Both the position numbers and the translations under genes were made by a program. The notes under the pieces are model-generated. The model made no database searches. It was not told where the DNA came from and worked only from the letters and a program-made list of their open reading frames with translations. Below are positions 34,678 through 49,155 of a DNA stretch of 64,000 nucleotides, in pieces; the first letter of the stretch is position 1, and every line of letters begins with the position of its first letter. This DNA is from the human T2T-CHM13v2.0 reference genome, Homo sapiens, in the NCBI RefSeq assembly GCF_009914755.1, contig NC_060939.1. One strand, written 5' to 3'.

Positions 34678-36708
34678 AGCAGTTCTCCAAGTTTTGGGGT
34701 CAGGATTCCTTTACACTCTTAAAAATACATTGAGGTCCCAAGGAGCTTTGGTTTATGTAGGGTATATCTATTGGTATTTATCACTAGAAATTAAATCAGA
34801 AATATTTAAAATATTGTTTAAAAGCTCACCACATATTGTTATAAATGCTTTTATGAAAAGAAAATTTCTAAACCCAAAGTAGTACAGTCTTACATCTTTT
34901 GCAAATTATTTTGATGTTTGATATGTCATTTGCATGATGTTTGATATGTCATTAGCAAATTGATATGTCAGTTTGCTTCTGCATTCAATTTATTGTGTGA
35001 TATTTTCTTGAAAAAATGTGAACAAAGGCCAATCTCATACAGATAACCATTTTAGATCATTGTGGATATATATATTTTTTTGAGATGAGGTCTTGCCCTG
35101 TTGCCCAGGCTGGAAGGTAGTGGTGTGATCACAGCTCACTGCAGCCTCAGTCTCCAGGGACTAAGGTGATCCTCCCACCTCAGCCTCCAGAGTAGCTGGG
35201 ACTACAGGTGTGTACCACCACACTTGGCTAACTTTTTGTATTTTTTGTAGAGACAGGGTTTTGCCATGTTGCCTAGGCTTCTTTTTTGATACTCCATCAA
35301 ATCTTGGTTTTTCTTGAACTTTGGATCTTCCACCCTTGCATGATATTACAACATCGTGCATTGGTCACTTATAAAACAGTGGTTCACTAAGATCTTCTAC
35401 ATGTTGATACATTTGTACAGTATCAAAATACATTCATCAGTACCACCATCAGTCTCATCAGAATACTTTTGGAAAGCGATGGTGGGCATAAGTTTTCTAA
35501 AATTCTAATTTTTTGTTCAAAAGCTTGAATTTTATTAGTAATTTTGTTATTGAATTTTATTATAGCCTGTCTGTTGTTTTCCTTGAAATGACAGAATCTC
35601 ATGTTTTGAGAAAATATCTGCCAGAAATGTGAGTTAAAATAACATTTTTTGTCAGTCAGCCTTTCAAGTAAAAATGGTATTCCATTAAAGTGGTTAATTC
35701 ACTTCATGACTTAGTCACTCAAGGGTTTTTCCTCAGGCAGCCTGTAGGAATGCTCATGTATACTTCCCATTTCATCACTTGAAATATTAAAAAGATATAT
35801 TCAATGATTTAGATATAGTAAAATATTCACTGCTTCATCATAGACATTCTTTTTTTTTTTTTTTAATTTTCGAGACAGGGCCTTGTTCTGTCACCCAGGC
35901 TGGAGTACAGTAGCGTGATCACAGCTCACTGCAGCCTCAACTTTCTGGGTTCAGTCAATCCTCCTGCCTCAGCCTTCCAAGACGCTGGGACTACAGGCAT
36001 GCAGCCACTGTGTTCAGCTAATTTTTGTATTTTTTGTAAAGATGAGGTTTCACCAGGTTGCCCAGGCAGGTCTTGAACTCCCGGGCTCAAGGGATCCCCC
36101 TGCCTGGGCCTTCCAAAGTGCTGGAATTACAGACATGAGCCAAAATTCCCAAACTTATCATAGACATTCTTAAATGAAACTGACCTTTTGTTGCCCTTCC
36201 TTTTTATTTTTATTTTTGGAGATGGAGTTTTGCTCTGTTGCCCAGTCTGGAGTTACATAGGTGCAATTTCAGCTCAAGGCAACCTCTGCCTCCCAGGTTC
36301 AAGTGATTCTCCTGCCTCAGCCTCCTAAGTATTTGGTAATACAGGCATGCACCACCACACCGAGCTAATTTTTGTATTTTTAGTAGAGATGGGGTTTCAC
36401 CATGTTGGCCAAGCTCGTCTCAAACTCCTGACCTTAAGTGATCCGTCTACCTCAGCCTCCCGAAGCACTGGGATTACTGGTGTAGGCCACCATGTCCCAC
36501 CCACCCTTCCTTTTTAAACCTTTCCTGTGCATAATGAAGAATACCATGACTACTAGTAGTTTGGTGTTACTGCTTTTGTTTGTGCTAAAGTACCAGCATT
36601 TTTACCCACCATTGTATTTGCACACTTACAGCAAATGTCACCATGTTAGTATTCCTGTCAAAATAGTTTGGACTTGGGGGTCTGAGGGCCGCACTTTGGG
36701 AACCATTG
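34678..36708. mobile_element. Charlie1-type hAT DNA transposon interrupted by three antisense Alus (35073-35279, 35849-36142, 36201-36500)
   Basis: Starts CAGCAGTTCTCCAAGTTTTGGGGTCAGGA..CTTTACACTCTTAAAAAT and ends CACTTTGGGAACCATTG. The Alu at 35849 has TSD TCATAGACATTCTT. Confidence 0.75.
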
Positions 36709-37004
36709 AAATAGGTACTTAGACGTACTAGATATCATATCTTTTCATCTACAAGGTTTTTAAAAACTTGATTTCAGTTAATTTTTTTTTGTAATTTTTA
36801 AAATATGGTTTTGAGGGGTTTCAGTCCAGAGCAACAACACGTATTTTATTTTGCTTATGCTAAAGTTTACTAGAAAATACTAACCTAACAGAATGAAGTC
36901 CTAAATCTAATTGAAATTTCCTTAGCCAAAAGTAAAAAAAAACGAAAATTAAAAGTGTAAAAATAGTCCATATGGTGTATTCTCAGTGTATGCTGAAGAA
37001 TTTA

Positions 37005-37352
<348 letters not shown>

Positions 37353-37496
37353 AATAGGAGTAATTCTGAAGAGTTTCTTTTAGCCTGTAAAGAGATTTGG
37401 AACACAGTAAGAGAGGAATGAGAAGAATGAGAATAGTAAAATAAACCATTATTGAAGAGATATACTGTTAATGATGTCCTCCATCAATACAACTTG

Positions 37497-37803
37497 TTTT
37501 TCTTTTTGTTTGTTTGTTTTTTGAGATGGAGTCTTGCTCTATCGCCAGCCTGGAGTGCAGTGGACATCTCGGCCCACTGAAACCTCTGCCTCCTGGGTTC
37601 AAGTGATTCCCCTGCCTCAGCCTCCTGAGTAGCTGGGACTACAGGCACCCGCCAGCGCGCCCAGCTAATTTTTTTGTATTTTTTTAGTAGAGATGGGGTT
37701 TCTCCGTGTTAGCCAGGACGGTCTCGATCTCCTGACCTCGTGATCCGCCCACCTCGGCCTCCCAAAGTGCTGAGATTAGAGGCGCGAGCCACCGTGCCCG
37801 GCG
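37497..37803 (-). mobile_element. AluY/Sc-like
   Basis: Antisense Alu with CCGTGTTAGCCAGGA diagnostic sequence. Confidence 0.85.
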
Positions 37804-38175
37804 CATCTTGCTTTTCTTAAAAAGGAACCTTCAGTAAATATTTGGTTTCTGTGGCTTCAGCTTTAACTCAGATTACAGTTTTCAAAGCAGTGTTGCCTAA
37901 AGTTGTTTGTGCAAAATTGTTTTCTGTGACTTGAACCTAGTTATTCTGAAACTAATATATAATAATAATGGTTTTTCCCCAATTTATAATAGAGAACAGT
38001 ACAAAGTAACAGCGGGAACGTCTGTTAGTGGGTGAAAGCACATAATGCATAGTTCATTAGCTTTTTTAAAAAATCACATGTAATTGTGTTACAAAAATAT
38101 ATGTATAGTAATGGCATTTACTTGGTATTACTTGGTTTGTGTGATAGAATAAAATATTAGAATTTTATGGTGTTT

Positions 38176-38706
38176 GAGTTAGTTATCTATTGCTCTGTAA
38201 CAAATTGAGCAGCTTAAAATAACAAACATTATCTCAGTTTCTGTGGGTCAGGATTCTGTCCAGTTTACCTTGGGTTCACTGGCTTGGCCTCTCACCAGGC
38301 AGTGAAGGTGTTGGTGGTGGCTGTGATCATCCCAAGGCAGGATAGGGAGAGAATCTGTCTCCAAGCTCAGGTTGGCAGGATTCATCTCAGAGGCTGCTGG
38401 ACTGGGCCTCCGTTTCTAGATGGCTATTGGTCAGAGGCTTTTTACAATACCTTGTCACGTGGGCCTCTCCATAGGGCACCTCATCACATGGCAACTGGCT
38501 TCCATCAGAGGGAGCAATGGAAAGAGCAGGAGAAGGGTGACCAAGGCAGGCATCGTAGTCTCCTTGTAGCCTCACCTCAGAAGCGATGTTACTTTTGCTG
38601 TATTCTCTTTGTTAGAAGTGAGTCACTAGGTCCAGGGGTGGAATTTTACAAGGGTGTGAATGGCAGGAGGTGAGGGTGATCAGGGCCATTTAGAGGCTGC
38701 CTACCA
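38176..38706 (-). mobile_element. MLT1 (MaLR) solo LTR
   Basis: TTAGTTATCTATTGCT..TAACAAA..AGCTTAAAATAACA..CAGTTTCTGTGGGTCAGGA..GAGGCTGCCTACCA pattern. Confidence 0.7.
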
Positions 38707-39724
38707 GTGTTGAAGAAAATTGTTGACTTCTATGAGCTGTAGCAGCAGACAGTGCTATGCAAGGAGAATGGCTGTCTCAGAAGTCCAGCTCCTCACATGG
38801 GTTTAAACGTGTTGCCTTTTCCCCCATACATTTTGTTTAAATCCATGGTCATCTTGCCATTTAGTGGTGTGGTTTAATTGCATATTTGGGTTAGTCTGTA
38901 TGTAAACATTTAACATAGGTGTCTCTGGGTTAAACAGGAATCCTATTCATCTTCTTCACCGATATGGTCTGTGGACTCTGATGAGCCAAATCTGACATCA
39001 GTTCTGGAACGTCTAGAAGATACTAAGGACAACAGTTCGGTAAGGAAAGAAACCAAGCTATTTTCTCTTTTCCTCATGAACATTATATTTAGAAATTAAA
39101 TGTTAAATGATAATATTATATAAAAACATGATTAACAACTATAATCTTAGAGGAATTAAAGTCTGGGTATTTTAAGTCCTCCAAATCTTATTTACTACCT
39201 GGTTTCTCTTTATTATTTCCCACATGTATAATCTTAGTTTAGATTAGCAATTCGGGATCTCTTTTTCCCTGAATTCTAACCATTAAGCCAAGCAAGCATT
39301 TTGGGTGGAGACCACTAGCCAAGGTGGGAAGTAGAAAGAAGACCAAGGTGGAAGTGAAGGGAGAGATGGGGAGAATGACACCAGAACTAGTGGGAGGGAA
39401 TTGCCTTTTCTTTCAAGGGTCTGTAAGTCTGCAGTAAAAGTCAAAGGTATTCAAATAGGAAGTTTTGTTTTTGTCTTTAGTATATAAAGAAGCATAACTT
39501 TCCATTTTGCAAAAACTTTAGAAATCTTTTTTCTTGATTATAAAACTTATAAGCAACCATTATTGAGAAGATTAGTAAAATATAAAAAAATAAAAATCTC
39601 ACATAATTTCTCTACCTAATATAAGTACTGTTGACATGATAGCTAGTTTCTATCAGTATGTATTGCTTCTTTGTTATCAAAGTACTTATACCCTTACAGA
39701 TATGTTTAAATAGTTGAGGTCATA

Positions 39725-40586
<862 letters not shown>

Positions 40587-41302
40587 TAAGCCAGAGGCTC
40601 TGGGGGGTGAGGGAGCAGAAACCCTCCTCACCCCAGCCAACGGGGACCTGTATACCTCTGCCAGTCTCTCACTTGGCCTTGCTGCTGTCCTCTGAGACTG
40701 CCTGTTCCTCCCTCTCTGTGACTCTACACCACCATCACCTCCTCCAGGAAGTCCTCTGGATTGACTCCTAGCTTATTACATCTTTATTGTGCAGACCCTC
40801 TCCATTCAAAGCCCCTCTTCAACTGCCCCCCCCCCCACTACCTCCAAGACAGAGATTCTGGGTTCTTGCAACTGCAGCCCCTCAGAGAGTGTAAGAGGGG
40901 CAGAAAAAGGAGATCAGGAGGTGAGGGAAGCAGCGCTGTCAGAGTTTCCAAAGCCCCGGCCAGCAAGGCCTCAGAGGCCTCTGTTGGAGTGGGGGCCTCC
41001 CTGGCTATGCGCTCCAGCTGCACAAGGCAGCCTCTGTGAGCCTCTCCCACTCAGCCCTACAGGAAGCAGCAGGGCCCAGCCTCAATGGACCCATTCAGAC
41101 CCCAGCGCTCCGGAAAGTACCTCTGCTTCCTGCCACCATTCCACTCTGGCCAAACAGGCTCTACTCTCTTCTGATGGGAGGAGGCCGCAGGCAGGTGGTT
41201 CAGTGGTTAGGGCCAACCATCTACTTCAGTTCCTGTCTGGCCCAGATCTCTGACCTTGACCATGCCCTAGTGGGTGTATGTATACCTTTAGTGCAAGGGT
41301 GG

Positions 41303-41824
41303 TGTGACAGTTAATACTGAGTGTCAACTTGATTGGGTTGAAGGCTGCAAAGTATTGACCTACTGGAAGTGTCTGTGAGGGCATTGTAAAAGGAGATAAA
41401 CATTTGAGTCAGTGGGCTGGGGAAGGCAGACCCACCTTTAATACTGGTGGGTACCATCTTTCTAATCAGCTGCTAGCGAATATAAAGCAGGCAGAAAAAC
41501 ATGAAAAGGTAAGATTGGCCTAGCTTCCCAGCCTACATCTTTCTCCCATGCTGGACACTTCCTGCCCTCTAACATCGGACTCCAGGTTCTTCAGTTTTGA
41601 GACTCGGATTGGCTCTCCTTGCTCCTCAAACTTGCAGACAGCCTATTGTGGGACCTTGTGATTGTGTAAGTTAATACTTCATAAACTCCCCTTTATATAT
41701 CTATCTATATCTATATCTATTATCTATATCTATATCTATATCTATTATCTATATCTATATCTATATCTATATCTGTCTATATCTCCTATTAGTTCTGTCT
41801 CTCTAGGGAACCCTGATTAACACA
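41303..41824 (+). mobile_element. MLT2A (HERV-L) solo LTR
   Basis: TGTGACAGTTAATACTGAGTGTCAACTTGATTGG...AACCCTGATTAACACA; perfect 5-bp TSD GGTGG at 41298-41302 and 41825-41829; internal (TATATC)n at 41695-41785. Confidence 0.92.
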
Positions 41825-43805
41825 GGTGGGTAGGCACAGGGAGATGTGCCCCCTTCCCCGTGGGTGCTGGGTAGGTAAATGTTTCGCAAAGGGCTTTGTT
41901 GGGGAGAGGGAACCCTGATTTTCAGTATTTGCCTCTTTTCCTGGTATAAATATTCCCACTGTGGGCAGTATCACCTGCCTCTCAAAATTCCTGAAAATTC
42001 AACAGTTGGCTCCTGGCAGCTGCTGTGAGCCGTTCCAGCCGGTGACTGTGGTGGCTCCATCCTGCAGGGCCATGTGCCCCCACCCCTTGTGCTATGGCCT
42101 CCCTCACTTTAGTGTGCTGTGTTTTGCTCTTAGGAATCAATGTCTTTGCAGATAAGGCACCCCAGTAGCTGGCCGCCACCTGCAGTTCCCTGGTCTGTCT
42201 CTTGCTGGCACCAAGCTGTGCTGTGCCTGCTGAGACTGCTGGGCCACCCCCGTGCATATGGTCTGCGGGGCTTACTTGATTCCCTTAGCTTCCCAGCCAA
42301 GGTGCTGGTGTTGCCAGCAGTGCTGGCAGGAGGAGGGGATAACTAGAGGGGATTTAACTCAACCCGAGGGGCTCTTACAGGATCTTTCCTGGATATCCCT
42401 CCAGGTGGGACTGGCTGCCCTGAGGGTATACAAACCTCCAACTCCTCCAATGGCTGAAGCTACTTCCTCGAGCAGATGGCAGCTGGCTCAGGCTGGCTAG
42501 GGACCAGTGCATGTGAGGTCGGTGCTGGATCACCCCATCAAGGCCATCAGCCTGTGCTTGTTCTTGGGGTTTGAGGGAAACCCAACAGGGATGAATCACA
42601 GTTTTTAACCTGTGTTTGTCTGCCCCCCAGCCCTGGACATCTGCAGGCAAAGTTAAAGTTATATTTGGCTCTTATCACCACAAAAGGCATAGACCAGAAA
42701 TTATGGCATCGGGTTGGAAGTCAGGGAGGCTAATTTGGGGAAACTGCCTGGAGGAAGCAGCAACTCAAAAGAGGAGGAGTCCCACTGTGGGACAGAACAG
42801 GCCCTGCATAAGAACCACTAATCCCAGGCAAGCCCAGACATGGCCTTCTGCCTGGGGAGGCCCTCTTTGGCCTGCTCAGCAGACCCTCAGCCCCTTCTAG
42901 GCCCTGTCTTCAGCCTCAGACTGAGTGGTGGCCTGGGGAGGTTGGGAGCTGAGCTGTTCTCATCCCTGGTTCCTTGGCCACGGTGGAAACAATGGGGCCG
43001 GATCTGACTGCTCAGCGGGGACTGTGAATAGCTCTCTAGCAGGAAGCAACAGCAGGGGTAGTGGAGGAAGTGTGGGCCCACTTTGGTTTGACACTGCATA
43101 TGGTCCCCATCTGGCCTGAGAGCCTTTACTCCTTGGCAAACTCAGGCCAATAAGCTCCTGCCCCCACCCTCAATGGCAGCTGGAAGAATGGCCTGAGGGA
43201 GAAGCAGGGATAGGTGGGCTGCAGTGACATCACCCCCAGATCCCAGCCGTGGCCCCAGCCAACCCATGGAGGTGGGGCATGGCACGGCAGGTGCTGCACA
43301 GGAGCCCAAGCACAAGGGCACTTAGGAGAAGGAATCTGAGCAGGGATCGATCTGGCCTGGTGGTGATTCTCCAGAAACTCCATTCCTCAGGGCTGTGACC
43401 ACCAAGCCAGGTGATCAGGCCAGTGATGTTTCCCTTTGGGCCAGGTCGGGGAGCCAGACCTGGGAGGGAGACTCCTCTGGGGCCCAGGGGAGGTGAGTCA
43501 GAGCTGGCAGAGGCCTCTGGCTCCAGGAACCTCCAAGGAGGAGACCTGAGTTGCTGGGAATTTCTGGGTCTGACCTCCTGCCAAGTCAAGGTCTGGGCTG
43601 GACACAAGGTGAGGCTGTGCCTTCTGGTGCCAGGACCAAGGAAATGCTGGGATCTGGGCAGTGCTCAGAGGCAGCACCGTATGGCAGAACCATGAGGGTG
43701 CACCAGCACGGACCCCTTTCTGCAACCCACCCATCCCTCCCTGCAGCACCTCGCCTCCTCCAGGCAAGAATCTGAGCCTTGACCACAGCTCCCTCTCTCA
43801 CACAG

Positions 43806-46800
43806 CTTCCTTCTTTGGTTAGAACCACCCGGAGGTGACTGTGGCCATGGCTCTGACTGACATAGACCTGCAGCTGCAGTTCTCCATGTCCCAACCCGAA
43901 GCCCTCCTTCTCCTGGCAGCAGGCCCAGCTGACCACCTCCTGCTGCAGCTCTACTCTGGACACCTGCAGGTGAGTGACGTCCCCCTGGGATTGGGGCGAG
44001 ATTCCTTGTCTAGCTTTGAGTGAACCCCAGCTGGCTGTTGACCTTGTGTAAGTCACTTTTCTTGGGGTCTCACGTTCTCCACTGTGGGATGGGCAGCAGC
44101 AGCTCAGAAATGGTAAATCCTTCATGAACTGGCTCTGCCCACCGGCTCCTTCCAACCATGTTTCCCACCACAAGCCCTCACTGGCCCTTTGTGCTCTGAC
44201 TGCACTGAACTGCTTTCAGTTCCTGGCCATCTTATGGTCACTTGCTGCCAGGCCTTTGGTCATCACACTCCTCCTGCCAGGTGTGTGACCCACCCATTCC
44301 CTGTACCTGCCGAACTCTAGTCTCTCCTTGAAGTTTCAGTGTGGGCATCCCCTCCTCCTCGGCGAGACCCCCTCCTGGGCCCCCATGACCCCTGCGCATC
44401 CTGGTGGCACTGCACCAATTTATCTGCAGCACCACTGTCTGTCCATGAGAGTAACAGCACCAGTACTGCCTCAGCTTCATTTTTCCATTTCATCCTTCAA
44501 GACACCACAAGCTTTATTATCAAGGAGTCTTGTGGCTCCTACTTGAGTCTTACCCCATACCAGGAAGAGTTTAAGAACCCAGGGTCTTAGTCCAAATTTG
44601 GGGCAGGCTGGGTGCAGTGGCTTATGCCTATAATCCCACCACTTTGGGAGACCAAGGTGGAAAGATCACTTGAGCCTAGGAGTTCAAGACTGGCCTGAGC
44701 CACACAATGAGACCCCATCTCTATTTTAGAAGGAAAAAAAAAACAAATTAACAAATTTGGGGCAGCCATCTCTTTCCACACCCCAGTGGGAAGAGGACTA
44801 GGGCTTGGTCAGTCTGCTGCTGTCATTGCTGCTCATTGCCACAAGGTGTCACTGTTGAACACCTATGTGGTGCAGTCTGGTGCTGATGGCTGTTGAGCTC
44901 TGCAGGTAGTGATGCCACATCCCTACAGAGATGCACCATACCAGGACTCCAAGATCATGGTTCTTAGTGTTCTGGTTCTGCAGTTCCCATACTCTGCCAT
45001 CACCTATTCTAGCATCTGGGAGCACCATACCAGAGCCATTTCTTGTGTCAATGTCATGGTGACAGAACTATGTCCTTCATCTCTCCTTGAGATATTCCTC
45101 CACCACAGGTCAGGCAGCTTTTTTTTTTTTTTTTTTCCCAGAACACAGAGCATCTGCCTGGGCTCCCTGTCCCTGAACAGTTAGCCTGGCTTCCTTCAGT
45201 GACCTCGAGAAACTTTGCCAAACTTAGGGGGACTGATCAACGGATTCTCAGTTACCCATTATTCCAGGGGTGAAATCTAGATTCCAAGACAATATTTCTG
45301 GTGCTTTTCACTCAAGGAAAGAGGAGGAGAATTTAAAAATACAGGTTGGGTTTCTAGAAGAGCATCTTGCTATATGTCAGTTCCTTGTGGGCAAGGACCA
45401 CATCTGATTCACACCAGGGTCCCCAGAGCCCATCCAGGCCTGGCCCAGAGTTTCCTTTGGTGAGTGTTTGGAGGATGAATAAAGAGATGGCAGGAAGGCA
45501 AGAGGAGTGGCACCAGAGGCCCTTGTCCTAGGTTTTCTGCTCTGGGGCCCCCTGTGGGGAACCCACTGTGCTTTTATAAGGGAAATGATGGATTCAAAGT
45601 GCTGCCCCCCATCTCCCATTCCCCGTCTCTCCTCAGGTCAGGCTTGTCCTGGGCCAGGAGGAGCTGAGGCTGCAGACCCCAGCAGAAATTCTACTGAGTG
45701 GCTCCGTCCCCCACACCACAGTTCTGACTGTCTCAGAGGACTGGCCCACATTGTCAGTCAATGGGTTTCTGAATGCCTCCTCTGTAGTCCTGGGAGCCCC
45801 CCTAGAAGTCCCCTATGGGCTCTTTGTTGGGAGCACTGGGAGACTTGGCCTGCCCTACCTGAGGGGAACCAGCCATCCCCTGAGGGGTTGCCTCCATGCA
45901 GCCGCTCTCAATGGCCGCAGACTCCTCCAGCCTCTGACCCCCAATAAGCATGAGGGCTGTGCTGAAGAGTTTTCTGCCAATGATGATGTGGCCCTGGGCT
46001 TCTCTGGGTCCCACTCTCTGGCTGCCTTGCCTGCCTGGGGCACTCAGGATGAAGGAACCCTGGAGTTTACACTCACCACACAGAGCTGGCAGGCACCCTT
46101 GGCCTTCCAGGCAGCAGGCTGGCATGGGGACTTCATCCATGTGGACATATTTGAGGGCCACCTGTGGTCCATGGTTGAGAAGGGCCAGGGTACTGTATTG
46201 CTCCTCAACAGTGTGCCTGTGACTGACGCACAGCCCCACAAGGTCAGCATCCACATCAACATTCACCAGCTAGAAATCTCCATGGACCAGTACCCCACAC
46301 GAACTGAGGAGTCCTCAGCTACCTGGAGCCACGTGACAGTCTCCTTCTTGGGGAGCTGGTTGCAGAGGCCTCTCATCACCTCCAGGAACACCGCTCAGGC
46401 CTGACACCAGGGGCTGCCAATGCCTCCCTGCTGGGCTGGCTGCATGGAAGACCTCAGTGTCAATGGCTAGAGGCAGGGGCTGTGGGAAGCCTTGCTGACG
46501 CACAACATGGTGGCTGGCTGCAGACTGGAGGAGGTAGACAATGCCTATGGCCATTATGAAGCTTTCTCCACCCTGGCTCCCAAGGCTTGGCTGTCTGTGG
46601 AGCTAGCTGAGCCATGCGTGCCTGAGCCAGGGCTACCTCCTGTCTTTGCCAATTTCATCCAGCTGCTATCAGCGCAGTGGTGGTGACCGAGGGTGGCACA
46701 GCCTGGCTTGAGTGGTGGCATGTGCAGCCCATGCTGGCACTGATGGAGGCTGAACTGCGTAAATCCCAGGTGCTGTTCAGCGTGACCTGAGGGGCACACT

Positions 46801-49155
46801 ACAGCGAGCTCGAGCTGGATGTCCTGGGTGCCCAGGCATGAAAAATGTTCACCCTCCTGGACGTGGTGAACTGCAAGGCCCGCTTCATCCACGATGGCCC
46901 TGAGGACACCTCTGACCAGCTGGTGCTGGAGGTGTCAGTGATGGCTTGGTTGCCCATGCCCTCATGCCTGTGGAGGGGCCAAACAGACCTCCTGCCCATC
47001 CAGGTCAACCCTGTCAATGACCCACCCCACATCATCTTCCCACATGGCAGCCTTATGGTGATCCTGGAACACACACAGAAGCCTCTGGGGCCTGAGGTTC
47101 TCCAGGCCTATGACCTGGACTCTGCCTGTGAGGGCCTCGCCTTCCAGCTCCTTGGCACCCCCTCTGGCCTCCCCGTGGAGCACCGAGACCAGCCTGGGGA
47201 GCCGGTGACTGAGTTCTCCTGCTGGGAGTTGGAGGCCGGCAGCCTAGTCTATGTCCACTGTGGTGGCCCTACACAGGACTTGACATTCCGGGTCAGCAAT
47301 GGACTGCAGGCCAGCCCCCCGGCCATGCTGAAGGTGGTGGCTGTCCAGCTGGCCATACAAATCCACCGCAGCACAGGGCTGCATCTGGCCCAGGGCTCTG
47401 CCATGCCCATCTTGCCTACCAACCTGTTGGTGGAGACCAGCGCCGTGGGGCAGGATGTGACCGTGCTGTTCCATGTCACCGGAGGCCTGCCGTTCAGGGA
47501 GCTGCAGAAGCAGGGGGCTGGTGGGGTGGAGGATGCTGAGTGGTGGGTCACACAGGCGTTCCACCAGCAGGATGTGGAGCAGGGCCACGTGAGGTACCTG
47601 AGCACTGACCCACAGCACTACACCGAGGACACCGTGGAGAACCTGGATCTGCAGGTGCAGGTGAGCTGGGAAATCCTGAGCAATCTGTCCTTCCTAGTGA
47701 CCATCCAGAGAGCCACTGTGTGGATGCTGCAGCTGGAGCCACTGCACACTCAGAACACCCAGCAGGAGGCCCTCACCACAGCCCACCTGGAGGCCACCCT
47801 GGAGGAGGCAGGCCCAAGCCCCCCAACCTTCCACTGTGAGGTGGTTCAGGCTCCCAGGAAAGGCAACTTTCAACTACAGGGCATGATGCTGTCAGACGGT
47901 CAGGGCTTCACCCAGGATGACGTACAGGCTGCAGAGGTGACCTATGGGGCCATGGCACGTGCCTCAGTGGCAGTGGAGGACACCTTCTGTTTCCATGTCA
48001 CAGCTCCACCATATTTCTCCCCACTCTGTACCTTCTCCATCCATATTGGCGGTGACCCAGACATGCCTGTCCTCACCAATGTCCTCGTGGTGCCCGAGGG
48101 TGGTGGGTGTGTCCTCTCTGCTGACCAGCTCTTCGTCAAGAGCCTCAACAGTGCCAGGTACCTCTATGAGGTCATGTAGCAGCCCTGCCATGGGAGGTTC
48201 TTAGCGTGGGACACAGGACAAGACCACTATGGTGACATCCTTCACCAATGGAGACCTGTTGCGTGGCCAGCTGGTCTAGCAGCATGATGACTCCGAGATC
48301 ACGGAAGATGATATGCCATTTGCTGCTGCCGCCAGGACCAGAGCAGTGGTGACGTGGCCTGGGAGGAGGTACGGGGCCATCCAGCCTGTGAATGACCACG
48401 CCCCTGTGCAGAGCATCAGCTGCATCTTCCATGTGGCCTGGGGTAGGTGGCAGCTGCTGACTACAGACAACATGGCCTTCAGCAATGCTGATTCGGGCTT
48501 TGTGGATGCCCAGCTGGTGCTGACCCACAAGGACCTCCTCTCTGGCAGTATCATGGCCACGGATGAGCCCATGCAGCCCATCTGCTGCTTCATCCAGGAG
48601 GGGCCTCAGGAAGAGGCGAGTCCTGTTCACGCACTCAGGCTGACTACAGCTGGATCCTGCTGCAGGTGTCCGACAGGCAGCACCAGGCCATCATGGTGCT
48701 GGAGGTGCAGGCCTTGGAGCCTTACCTCTGTGTGGCCAACGGCTCCAGCCTCATGGTCCCTCAAGGAGACCAGGGTACCATCAACATGGCCGAGCTCCAC
48801 CTTGGCACCAACCTCGACATCCGCAGCGGGGATGAGGTCCACTACCACGTCACAGACAGCCCTCGCTGGGGACAGTTGCTGCAGGCCACTCAGCCAGCAC
48901 TGCCTTCTCCCAGCAGGACCTGCTGGTTGGGGCCATTCTCTTTGGCCACAATGGCAGCCTCAGCTCCCGCAACACCCTGGCCTTCTCAATGGATGTGGGG
49001 CCTTCTCAATGGATGTGGGGCCAGTGCACACAGATGCCACCCTACAAGTGACCATTGCCCTAGAGGGCCCACTAGCCCCACTGAAGCTGGCCTGGCACAA
49101 GAAGATCTACATCTTCCAGGGAGAGGCAGCTGAGATCAGAAGAGACCAGCTGGAG
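43806..49155 (+). pseudogene. CSPG4 pseudogene (exons 2-3: laminin G domains and CSPG repeats)
   Basis: Exon 43806-43969 reads SFFG*NHPEVTVAMALTDIDLQLQFS..LQLYSGHLQ, with TAG at 43820. Giant exon 45637-49155 runs VRLVLGQEELRLQTPAE...EIRRDQLE|GTGAG with several stops and frameshifts. Exon 1 and downstream exons are absent. Confidence 0.93.
44606..44745 (+). mobile_element. FLAM_C-like Alu monomer
   Basis: Single monomer, A tail, TSD CAAATTTGGGGCAG. Confidence 0.8.
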
